Source: Raillietiella orientalis (taxonomy: Eukaryota). Taken from it: DNA of 64,000 nt. Below the pieces are notes generated by a model. The model saw only the letters and a list, made by a program, of their open reading frames with translations. It was not told the DNA's origin and did no database searches. Shown piece by piece: positions 1 to 11,135 of this stretch. Where the stretch lies: the NCBI GenBank assembly GCA_036172245.1, contig JAYWIR010000014.1, positions 2,542,001 to 2,606,000 on the forward strand, written 5' to 3'. The translations under genes and the position numbers were made by a program. Each line of letters begins with the position of its first letter. Within the stretch, counting starts at the first letter, position 1.

Positions 1-3000
1 CACGTTTCAATGGAAATTAATACTTTAGCACCACCCTTTTTTGTAATTCATAAATGATCCGGAGTACTTACTACTGTGGGGGGCTTCCGCGGTCGTGAAC
101 ACGTAGTCCTAGCAAGGAACTTCAAAAACGAGCTTCGTTCCCTCCGCTTTGCAATGATCACAGTGTAACATCCTTGCATATATAAACGAGTAATGAATGC
201 CCCGAAAGGAAATGAATCCCTCTTTGTATTGCAGTTCCGGTTCCACGGGGTTCATGACTATACACAGTTACCTTAAAGTTAGGCTACTATGGGGTTTGTT
301 ACAAATCCTTGATTGGGTTTCATTTAAAGTAATTCTTTGTTCACTTTTGATATTGTTAGGACCTTTGTTAAGTCGGTTTGAATACTATACTAAAAATGCT
401 TTCGAATGTGATCTTTGAATATAAGGGACATCGTTTGCTGCAAGAACGAGGCAACTTTTGAACGAAGCACAGGAGGGACAAGAAATGAACTTGTAATGAG
501 CATGTGACGAAATCTGCGGAGTTAAAATTAATTGCAAACCCATAATTTTATTGACTCTTAGTTATTAGCTCAAGAAGGGGAAAAAATATAGAGTATTCAT
601 TAGACTCTATTATCATGTGTACCTTGCTTTTGTCTTTTTTTAAAAAACAAATGACTCTCTACATAAAAATATGAAATGACTCCAAATAAAGTGCACCTTG
701 TCGGAAGTAAGGTGACATAATGGTATCTTCTTAAAAACACCTATATTCCTGCCATTTTTGTTTGTATATGCTCGCTTATAATCATATTCCGAGATGTTGT
801 CGAAAGGGTTAATCTTGATTTCAACTACTCTCTGTTAAAATATTGTGCTCATTGACCTGGCAATTCTGATAACGAATTGAATCTTGGCATCTCTGAAATA
901 ATGCAGCTAATACTACTGGATCTGGTTCCAGGTTTCACCTTAATGTTTTACCTTGTAAATAAAGTAAGTGTAAAATGAAAAAGCATAATCATGCAAATCT
1001 TGGACACCAATCCTGAATAACTACTGTAAATCGGTCTTGTTACTAAGTCAATCTTAGCGGATCACAAGAATTAAAAGCTTCGTAGGTAGATTCCAATTGT
1101 AATCCGCCGAGCAGTCTTTTAAGGGGAACTTTTCGAGTATGTCTCCAGTTTTGAAACACTTTCGAATGTTTTCAAATGACATCTGTGCATTTTTACTAAA
1201 TTCACTATCAATAGGGGAGCATTTTTTCATTCTAGAAATAATCTGAGCTGCAAGATCTTATCATACTAAAAGATTTAGCCTTCCAGAAAGCAAGTTCGCT
1301 CTGCTTCTCATTCAATCGCCCATTCCTTCAAAGGTAGCAATCTTGTTACTCATTGCTTTCTTTCTTTGTTACTCACTCTGATTTTTCTCCATAATTTGTT
1401 TATCAATCAGCACAGACTTCTCATTTTCTCACAGCAACTTTGCACAAAACTTCGTTTTGTAGAACGGAATCAGAAATACATCGAAAAACGCCTTTTTTTT
1501 TTTTTACCTCGATAACTAAGTGTAAAATTCAAAATAATAATCGTCACTTGCCACAAGTGTTTTTCTCCTACTCTAGCTGGACACATCCTCAGTCTTCAGA
1601 CAGTAGTGTATTTGGATGATCGCCGGTTTTTCTCACTGTCATCGAAAAACCCTTGACAACAAATATGCAGCAGAGTTCATACTTATAATACTTGTTGGTG
1701 CGTTATTGCTTAGATCATGCTTGTCTCAATTCGAATGATAATTTTCGTCATAGTCGCACTTTTAGAAACCGACTCTGGCATGCTAAGTTGAACGATTACA
1801 TGAAAGCAGGGAAGGAGTATCTGATTTTCCTATGAAATTAACAGACTCGATCTTGAAAGCATTGGACACACTATGGTACGCGTGAGGCCACGGCAAACCG
1901 CGTGGTTTGCAGTTGCTGAGTGCAATACAAGGAAAAAAGAGAATGAGCCAAAGCTTCTGCAAGAAAGGCGTCTTGTGGGTTGAGAAAAATGACTAACTGA
2001 CTAAATCGATGAATTCGTAATCCCATAAAGATTGAGTGATAGAGGGTCCGCGGTTATAAGTTTGGTAGACTTGAAGGTAAAGAAAAGTAGACGATAAATT
2101 CACAAAAGACAGATAGATAGATAATTCTGATTTTCTTGGTGCGATGCTAAAAAAAATCAGAATTTGAAGCAACTTCAGTATAGAAACGGCTTCTCTCTGC
2201 ATTTCTATAAGAATTCACTATGATTTCAACTCTACACGTTGTTGAATAACCCAAATCAAACATGTTTTGGCATTCTCGGGAATGCTAAAGTTTATAGTAA
2301 AGTGGGAGCGAAAGCGGTATTGATGGAAACTGAAAATGCAAAATCTTGTAATTATGCTGTATGGGAGTTTGGGTGAACGTCGGCAAACTGCATCCACATT
2401 TAATTTCTAAGAAAAAACTTTGTCTGTACCTTATATAACAATTACAACAGACACATGCATTATTAAAGTCTAACTGGTATGTCATGATAATATTTTGACT
2501 TGGAGCACGACAGTGCCCAATTCCTTTCTATTAGCTATTATAATGCTGTTTCAATCATAGGAAGCGGCTCTGAAATGTGCTCCTTCCCGCAAGAATTTCA
2601 CGAGATTTGAAGACTTTCCTAGCCTTGTTCAAACTTTACTACCATAGCATTCTTCCACATATTAGCAGGATTATCTCTTGAAAAGTACTGTAGTTTGTGC
2701 ATTACGAAGGTCCTACGGAAAGAAAAATTCTCTCCAGTGTCTTTGACTTGGTCAAGAATTGTCGCTTGAAACGTGTCGATGGCAAAGCGATTTTTACAAC
2801 TGAAAGGGATAACTTCCCAAATTCAATGAACACCATAAGAAGTTGGAATAAATTATTTCATTTGGCGCTTTCATTCATCTAAAAATGCCGTGCCGTGCCT
2901 TTTCACCGTTGAAACGCTAGTAGAAAATTAACGCACATAGTGCTATCGTTCTGCCATGAATGATGGTACAAACCGGAATAACACGAATATCTTGACGGTA

Positions 3001-3157
3001 ATCAATCTAAAACATGTACATCAGAACCTTAAACAATACTAGTCATTGAGGAGTACCAGCATTCCCAGCAAGCTGCCATACAATTACTTTAAATAGCTTA
3101 GTTGGAGGATTGCATCCCCATCCTTCTACATTGGCATTTTGTAATTTTACTTATTCA

Positions 3158-3163
3158 TTTATT
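3158..3163 (-). terminator. Candidate poly(A) signal (AATAAA) of LYRM1
   Basis: tttatt on the + strand, 14 nt downstream of the LYRM1 TGA stop. Confidence 0.6.
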
Positions 3164-3177
3164 TGAAATATTACGTG

Positions 3178-3559
3178 TCATTCTAATGAACGGATATAAA
3201 CTGGTCTTGACTGTTTGATTTTCTTAATGTGCTTGGATTGAATATTTGTATTTGATGGGAAATTCACTGGACGTGGATAAACATTTCGATAATGAAGAGC
3301 TATACACCTAAGGGGGTAAGCAAGTGAAGCAGTTTAACACCTGCTCACCTAGTTCCAAACGGGCTTCAGCTTCCATTATGCACTCTTTAATATGAGCTGG
3401 ATCAGTCAAATGCTTATTTTGTCGAAACAGTCGTTTAGTTTCCTCTCTGATATAGACTCTTTCTGCTTCTGAATTCGCAGGGTCTTTTGCTGGCCATGTC
3501 TTTGCTAATCTCAACAGTTTCCGATACAAAGAAAGCACTTTAATATGTGTGGAACTCAT
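3178..3559 (-). CDS. LYRM1: LYR motif-containing protein 1 (mitochondrial LYRM family), 2 coding exons: 3559-3349, 3299-3178; 110 aa
   Basis: MSSTHIKVLSLYRKLLRLAKTW...ERVYIREETKRLFRQNK...EAEARLEL, spliced across a 49-nt GT-AG intron to ALHYRNVYPRPVNFP...SRPVYIRSLE*. LYR motif plus the LHY-x2-YPRP and PVYIRS C-terminal motifs typical of LYRM1. Confidence 0.9.
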
Positions 3560-3633
3560 GAGTGTCACTGAACATCATTAGGAAGCTACAGGAAAACAAA
3601 AGCAATCAGTACACAGCAGACTACAAATAAAAG

Positions 3634-3639
3634 TTTATT
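3634..3639 (-). terminator. Candidate poly(A) signal (AATAAA) of STOML2
   Basis: tttatt on the + strand, 11 nt past the STOML2 TAG. On the - strand it is followed by U/GU-rich sequence (ctttta tttgtagtctgctgtgtactgattgcttttgttttcc). Confidence 0.6.
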
Positions 3640-3650
3640 GAAATGCTCAG

Positions 3651-5258
3651 CTAAGGTGCTTTAGAATACTGAGAAGTGACTTGACTTTCACTTTCAGTAT
3701 TCATCCCTTTTTCATCACTCTTACGACTGACATCTAATACTGCTTTCCCAGCCATACTTCCCTGCAGCTTGGTTTCTAAAGGCGCTGCTGTTCTAGTCAG
3801 CTGACGATAAATTGCCAATGCCTAAAGCATTGATCAGTCCAATTTGTATGGTTAGCTCATCAGCATACCTGAGAAACAATATTACTGACATCCCCTGCAT
3901 TCACTGGAAGAATGAGGGTATTGGTATCTTTAGCGAGATGCTGAAAGGACTGGACATATTGTTCTGCCACATTCAGAGAAGCAGCTTCTGCACCATGCTG
4001 GATAAACATGTGTAAAAGCTCCACAAACTGCTCACTCAACCTCTTCTCCAATGGCACTGGATACAGCTTTCAAACCTTGTGCTCGTGCTAATGCACGAGC
4101 AATAGTTGCTTCAGCTTCTCCAGTTGCACGGTTGATAAATTCCATTTTTTCTGCTTCTATTCACAACAAAAAACTGGACTCAATTTCCATAATAAAGCCA
4201 AGAGCCAACTTCTTCCTACCTGACTGCAAGATGCGTGCTTTTTTCTTCCCTTCTGCTACATTAATTTCTGATTCTCTAATTCCTTCTGATTCCAATATGG
4301 TAGCTCTCTTTTTTCTTTCTGCCTCCACCTGCATTTGCATAGCTTCTTGTACACGAGTTGGAAGCTTGATGTCTCCTGAGAACACAATTATGGTATGCAG
4401 GTTTTTGTCTTACGTATTTCATATCGCATGCAAGTGATTCCCCAGGCCTCAGACGCCTTGTTGATCGAAGTGACAATAGCTAAGTTCAGGTTCTCCCTTT
4501 CCCTAAATACATTATCCAGAGTAATCTTTCCCAGTTCTGATCTGAAAGCACAAATCGGCATGGAAACACAACTTAGATACACAGGGATAATTGCCTCATT
4601 GTGGTCTGTGCTATTTGGGTGATGGCAAACTCTGGGTCTTCAACTCCATAACTAGCACGATAAGGATCTAACACTCTTAAGAATAAAACACCATCAATAT
4701 TGAGGGTTACATTATCTGAAATATGTGGTCAGAAATGTGCTCGTAAAACATAATTCTGGCAACAACTAAACAAATACAAACCTAGAGTAATGGCTGCTTG
4801 TTTAGGTATATCAATAGCAATTTCTTTCAAAGACTGCACGTATTTGATTTTATCCAAAAAGGGAATAAGAATATTAAAGCCCGGCTCTAAAATGCGATGA
4901 TATTTACCCATTCTTTCGACTACCCATGCCTACAGCAATGACCAACTTCATTTAAGTATTTTAACCTTACCTCTTGCTGTGGTACAAAAAGAAGAACTGT
5001 ATTCATCGGAGTTGTAGATGCACTCCTGACTTGCAAATTACATAGCTGGCTTTGGTTGCTCCGGAGTTTTAGTCTTCGACATAGTTGGAACCTGAAAACC
5101 AGGGCATAAATTCAGTGCATGTATTCCAAAAGGCATTTTTTGCCATTTCAAAAATAGGCATGCATATTATCAAATTGTACAATGCAGAACGAATTGTACT
5201 TCACGTACACTGATCGAAGATTGGCTTGATTCAGCGTACTTCCAAACGTATTCCACAT
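3651..5258 (-). CDS. STOML2: Stomatin-like protein 2, mitochondrial (SPFH/Band 7 family); 9 exons: 5258-5209, 5091-4971, 4929-4782, 4715-4595, 4541-4414, 4375-4220, 4156-4041, 3997-3869, 3821-3651; 379 aa
   Basis: The spliced frame is continuous (1140 nt). It reads an Arg/Ser/Leu-rich presequence-like N-terminus, then NTVLLFVPQQEAWVVERMGKYHRILEPG, DNVTLNIDGVLFLRVLDPYRASYGVEDPEFAITQIAQTTMRSELGK, WGITCMRYEIRDI, QMQVEAERKKRATILESEG and AASLNVAEQYVQSFQHLAKDTNTLILP. Exon 1 is the least certain part. Confidence 0.93.
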
Positions 5259-8200
5259 CTCTTTCCCAATAAATAATTCGCAACAGTCACATGCATTTGC
5301 ACAGATCGTGCATTCAGTGCTTCACATGATTACTAACTACCTTTACGAATAAATGGATAAAATACTCCCAAGACAAGAGATTATGCAAAACAAGAAAAAT
5401 GCACTGCTTATAAATGCAAAAGAGATTAACAATATTAACAGTTTAATGCATATAATTTATTAGATGCACTCAGGAATGATGAAATTAAGAAAATATTCAA
5501 AAATATGTATATAATGAACTATGGACCATTGGTGAAAATTTCGATTCCACTAACGATTATTTATTCTGATAACTAATATGACATTTTGCAATATAATATT
5601 TTTATGATCGATTAATTACTTTGTTGAGTTGGAGATGGCAGAGTCAGAAGTTACCATGAAATTTATTTGTTAAATCTATCATGAAACTTACGAATTTACC
5701 CATTTCCTTCCATTAAATACAATCGGTTACAACAGTTCACTTCTAAAATCTTAATTGCTTTCAATTCTCATAATTTCTGAACTATATTTTCTCAGCAGGG
5801 TTGAGACCTTGAAAAAATGTGAAAATCCAAATTCCTTATGTAATTTAAATATAAACATTATTTCTCTGAGATACAAAAAAAATATTCAAAGGGAACTCTT
5901 TTCAGTTGATATGTAACAAGGATATTCTACTAAAGTTTCCATGGAATTTAACTGGTGTTTTTTTTTAAAAAAAAAACAATTAAATAAGAAAGAATACAAG
6001 GATGAATGTTACAAAACAGAAGTACATTGGAAATAAGCTGATGAGCCAATACATCTAAAGGAAAGGAAGATGTTTAAACAGCAAACAGCTTCTCTTCGGG
6101 AACCCAAACATACACATTTCAGGAATAAAACTCTTTTATAAGCCTACTTTCATGAGGATCGAATAAATGAAAATATGAAAATAATGATAAAATTAAAACA
6201 TTCTTCCTTTTAAGTGTAAGGAAAGGTTCCCCTTGAAGACAGACAGTTGTAAATCAAGAACTGAAAACTAGAACCATACAAAGAAGCCTGGTCATAGATT
6301 CTGTTCAGAAAGATAAGCATGCAAAAAGCCTGTAATGTAAAGAGATCTGCATAGATTCTGAATGCACAAATTCTAAATTAATTTAGGCACTCATTTCCTT
6401 TTCATCTTCATTTTTGAAGATGAAAAGATGATTTCATTTCTGAAATTCATGAAAAATTGGTATGTGTTTGTGTGTGTGTTTTTGATTTTGCTATCTTCAT
6501 CAAAGGAGCCATCTGCAAACATCCTGAGCCATATCCCATCGTTGCTTCGAATTGTTATCTTCAATTCTTCTTAGTTGTAGTAATTCAGAGATTCAAAAGG
6601 AGTACAAAGTTTGCTATTTATTTTATTCAAGATATTTACTGTATTGGACACACATTGCTATAAAATAAAATAAAATCCATGTGATAGTCCTGACAGTAAA
6701 TCTGATCGATCAAACATATACTTCTTTTCATCCGAAATATGGATTCGATCACATGAATTTTACAAGAACTCTCCATGAAATGAGAAAAGTTGGTGATAAT
6801 TAGAAAAGTCATTCATTCGCATTCGAGATCGTGGTATTGTCTTTTGCACGAAGTACAGCAGCAATTTTCTAATTATAGCGAGTGTTTCCATATCAAAAAC
6901 AAAGTAACTAATCCATTAAATAGGCTTCAGTTTGCTTAATGCGAAGAAATGTCACTCTGAAGAAAAAAAGAAATCTGGCAAATTTTTTTGGAGATGATTC
7001 TTTTGGTATTAAAGCTTCGCAAATCCTTATTCTTGGTATTTATGCGTGAACATTTTCGAGTGTCCAGATTATGAAATTCAGCCTAATTAATGGTTTGAAT
7101 GACTCCGTCAGAGCTCACTTGGTCTATGATGCTCATCGGCTTGGAGAAGATCGGAAGTTGGGTCACTGCAGCTTAGTGGAAGGTGGCAGTGGATTCCCAA
7201 GGTAGTTCTGCATGCTGGAGATCACTCCAAGAAATCACTCTGTGTCCGAGACATTTCGAAGCACTTCACCTCTGGAGCTAACAATGACTAGGCGGACAAG
7301 ATGTGAAGATGTGAAAGAACCTTTCCGAAAAAACAAAACACAAGCGTGGAATATCTTTCTTCCTGCTCGGGTTTCGGAATGTGGATGAATCATCAGACTT
7401 TTCCCAATGCTCAGCGGTCTCGTTTCACTCTTGAACAGCAGACCAGTCTGGATGCAGGGAGAAGGGCCAAAATTCGGACTTGGGGACGAACGTGCATTTT
7501 TTTCGCGCTCGCAATCAGCTTGACCAGCGAATTTTCCTGAGCCTGCAGTCCCTGCTGCCCACATTTTCCCTTTGGAGAAACTTTTCCGTTCCCAAAACCC
7601 AGCTTGCGTAAACCCGGGGGAACGCACTTCGCCGCTTCGGGATTCTCGCCATCACCACTCGTAAAGCACGAATTCGCTTTTCCTACGAAAACGAAGGAAC
7701 CATATAGAGAAGCCCCATCCAGCCTGCAGCCGCCTGCGTCTCATCGAAAGGGGAGGAAACGCGAATGCTGCATACCTCCACTCGCATCCGTGGAAGATGC
7801 TTCTGCGGACGGACGGTTGCCAGCCTGTGCTCCGTTCTTCTCGAGAGACTGCGCCTTAAAGTAGAGCTGGAGTGGAGAGACGGGAACCTCCCCACTGCCG
7901 AAGAGCGCGACTTCCCTTTGGGAGGTCTTGGTCGATTCCTCTGCGAGACTCGCCTCATCCTCTTCACGTTGATGGGAACTGCTCTTCCAGCCGGCGTGTG
8001 CTCGTAGCAGAGGTCGCTCGTCCCGGTCGCGGCATCGGACTCTTCCGGGAGCGCAAAAAACGGGCGGGATCGACCTCGTAGAGAGCCTTCGGGCGGAACA
8101 AAGAAGATGAGGGTAGAATGTGCGAGAATGTCTTGCACGATTCTTTCAACCTTCCACCCCATTGCGCATCCTGCAGTCTTCCCTGCCGTCCCGCGCGAAA

Positions 8201-9781
8201 AGCGGCATCGGGCAGAAGGAATCGGCTGTTGCCATGACAGGCGCAACGAGGCGAAGCAGCGGTGGCGAAGAGGAGCCTCTTACGGGTCGACGGGTCGACC
8301 CGTAAGGGTTCACACAGCCTCGCGGAAGAGCAAGGAAGCCGGAAAAGCACGCGGCGGCCGATCCCGGAGAGAGCGACTTCCCCCTCCTCTTCTCGCTGGA
8401 AACGGAGGAACGGATTGAGACTGCGAACGGAAGCGGATTGCCGAGAGACTCGCATCCGCGAGGTGAAGCAGAGTCCTCCGCGCTCCCGTGCTGAAAGAGC
8501 AGAAGAAAAAGGGAACCGCCTGGAGGAAAAGGCGATCTCCCCTACCTTCCTCTTCCCCCTCCTTTCCTTCCTCCTCCTCGCCTTTCTCTTTCTTCTTCTT
8601 CTTCCTCCCTCCCTCCCTTCTTTCCTCCTCCCGACCACCCTCGCACGGTTTCTCCCACCAGGAATGTCAGAAAGTCCGGTGTAGGATAAAACCCAGGCTG
8701 CTACGGTTGGCTCTTCGACCGGAGGCGTCGGCTTTTCTGGGGGAGGAAACGCCGTGTGGCGACGGCGCGACTTGGAAGGGATGGGAACCTCCTGTGGGGC
8801 GGGTCATCTTCTTCCTATGGCGTGCCTCCGAGTCGCGCTGCCAGGAACCTCTCCTCCTTATCCTCGACCCATTCTTAGAGGAAACACGAGACCTATCCTC
8901 TCTCTCCTTTAAAGGGGGGATCTCCAGCCCTACTGCATCTTCCTCCCTGTGGCCGTGGGTCAGATGGACCAACGCTCCACTCAACATCACCAGTCCAAGG
9001 CGCATTGCTCCAAGGCATTTTTGCTGTTGCCCGCCGAGCAGCCCGTGGGCGACGCCTAGTCCTTCCGCCACAGGCTGCCGTCCGGTCATCGGGGCAAACT
9101 TCCTCCTTCCGTCAACATCATGGGCGCGCACGCGCGCCGAGGAGGCAGATGCGAAGGATGCCAGAAGATCTTCTGGAGGGGAGAGAGAGAGAGATGGGGG
9201 GAACGGGCGTCCTGGAGGTGCTACGCGACCTCTCCGGCAGGGAAGGCGAGTGGCACTCGCGGCAACGCCTCCCCTTTGCGGAGCCCCGCTCCCATGATCC
9301 CCCGCTGAGAAGAGAAGCCTCTCGAGGGTCTTTCTCATGCATACTTTGATTCCCCCACGCCAGCTGACGGGTCAGGTGACCCAAGGAGAGCGCTGACGAC
9401 ACGCGTTGCCTCCGGAGGGATCTCATCGTCGTCGTCACTCGGGCTCACTCCCGCTCCTTCTTCCCCACCTCTCCCCCTTTTTTTTGTTTCCTTTTTTTAT
9501 TTTCCGTCGAGAAGGCTCCACGGGTGAAGGAGCAGCAGCAGTGAGAGAAGGGGAGAATGGAGGAGAGGGTCTTCCCAGCAGTGCCAGAGGCAACGGTCAC
9601 CACGCTTTGCCTTCCTCCCTCCATTTCTTCTTTCCCCTCCCTGTTTTCACGATTGACGCGTCCTGCCTCCCCCTCCCTCCCGTCGTCTTGGTTACCGAAA
9701 ACCTCATCTGGCTGACCTCGCCGTCGTCATCTCTGTCGTAGTCGAGGTGGTGGCCACCGTCCGCGCCACTCTTCCTGTAGC

Positions 9782-11135
9782 TCAGGTGGCGGCGGCGCGG
9801 TCCTTCCTGAGAGCGAGGTCCGCAACGAGGGCCACGTGGTCCGAAGGGTACGCCAGGGAGGGCAGCCTGCCGGCGCCGATCTCGCTGGCTCCGGGGATGC
9901 GCAGCACGCGGACGGTCCGGAAGGCGTCGCGGTCGTGGAAGACGTAGTCGTGGGCGGCGCGCGCCTCGCCTTCCTCCCGGACCTTCCAGGTAGTGTAGGC
10001 GGGCTCGGTGCCCCCGCAGGCTGCGGCGTAGGCGCTGCTCAGGCGCGCGTCCAGCATCAGTCCGTGGACCGGCTCCAACGGGGTGGCGTTGAAGTCGCCG
10101 CACAGCACGAGGGGGACGTTCCCTTCCGCCACGCCGGCGAAGAAGGAGATCAGGTCCTTCCCTTCCTCAAGGCGCAGCTTGGCCAGCAATCGGCCCTCCC
10201 GGGCCTTCAGGTGCGTCACGGCGACGGCGAACTCGCGGGACGAGGGGTGCTTGGCGCGCACGCGAACGAGGAGGCACACCTGAAGGAGGAAACGGGGAGA
10301 AAAGGTCAGGGTCGCAGCGGATGGACGGGCGGGTGGGGGTCGCTTGCCTGGTTGCTCTGCACGTTCCACACCTCTAGGACCTTCGAGTGCTCCGACATCA
10401 CGCTGAACCTGCCCGCCTGGTGGAAGATGGCGCAGCCGTCGGGCCCGTTGTTGCCCTCGAAATAGTAGCAGGGCGAGTCGGGTTTCGGGAAGAAGCATCC
10501 CTCGTAGCCGAGGGAGCCCAGGGCCTTGCTCAGGAACGCGAAGTGGTCCACCTCCTGGGAGGGAAGGGGAGGAGGGAGGGAGAGACGAGTCAGCCTGTTA
10601 CGAGGTCTCCGGGAACGGAAAGAAGGGGAGAGTTGGAGGAAGAGGGTGGGTTTGCGCTCTCTCTCCAACCCCTTCCGCCCTCCCGTTCCTCCTCTTCCCT
10701 CAGGCGATGCCTCACCTCGAGACACACAAAGTCCGGCGAGTACCGCGCGATCTCCTCCACGAGCCGGTAGCGCCTGGTCTTCCAGTCCAGCGCCTCTGGA
10801 GGCGTGAGCGTGAAGTTGTCGTGGTTGACCGCCAGAGCTGGAGAGAGCGCCAGAGGGAGAGGCGGTTAGGGCGACAGGGTGCTCATGCGAGGCAGTCCCA
10901 TCTTACTCTGGGAGAGGACGTTCCACTGCATCACCCGGATTTCCTCTTCCTCCCCCTCATCCCCAGCGGGAGCGCCGACCTCCTCGAAGGATCGTTCCAG
11001 AAGAGGGGGGAGGGCATTCAGCTCGTCCCGACAGATGGCCATCATCATTTCGCGGTCCATCCTTTCGGGGAATTCCACGTCGTCGTCCTGGGTGTCCCCG
11101 TTCTCGATCTTCTTCGAGGACGTGAAGCTGCCCAT
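9782..11135 (-). CDS. NOCT: Nocturnin/curled (EEP-family NADP(H) 2'-phosphatase, CCR4-like); core exons 11136-10907, 10837-10716, 10554-10348, 10279-9782; 351 aa from MGSF
   Basis: Motifs seen: MGSFTSSKKI, IRVMQWNVLSQTL, DWKTRRYRLVEEI, CLEEVDH, FFPKPDSPC, NNGPDGCAIF, VWNVQSNQV, AVTHLKAR, LCGDFNA, YTTWKVRE, DYVF and LPSLAYPSDH. An acceptor (tttgcag|G ATG) sits immediately before the MGSF codon, implying upstream first exon(s). Confidence 0.93.

Noticed and set aside
1..3100. Possible transposon or gene remnants in the first 3 kb
   Set aside because: Only short ORFs, with no identifiable motif, TIR or LTR.
7235..9740. Many overlapping ORFs downstream of nocturnin (for example 8488-9297 and 8667-9338)
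   Set aside because: Arg/Pro/Ser/Gly-rich translations expected from GC-rich DNA with GA/CT tracts, and no recognisable domain. A PYCIFL..VGQ fragment near 8930 was too weak to call.
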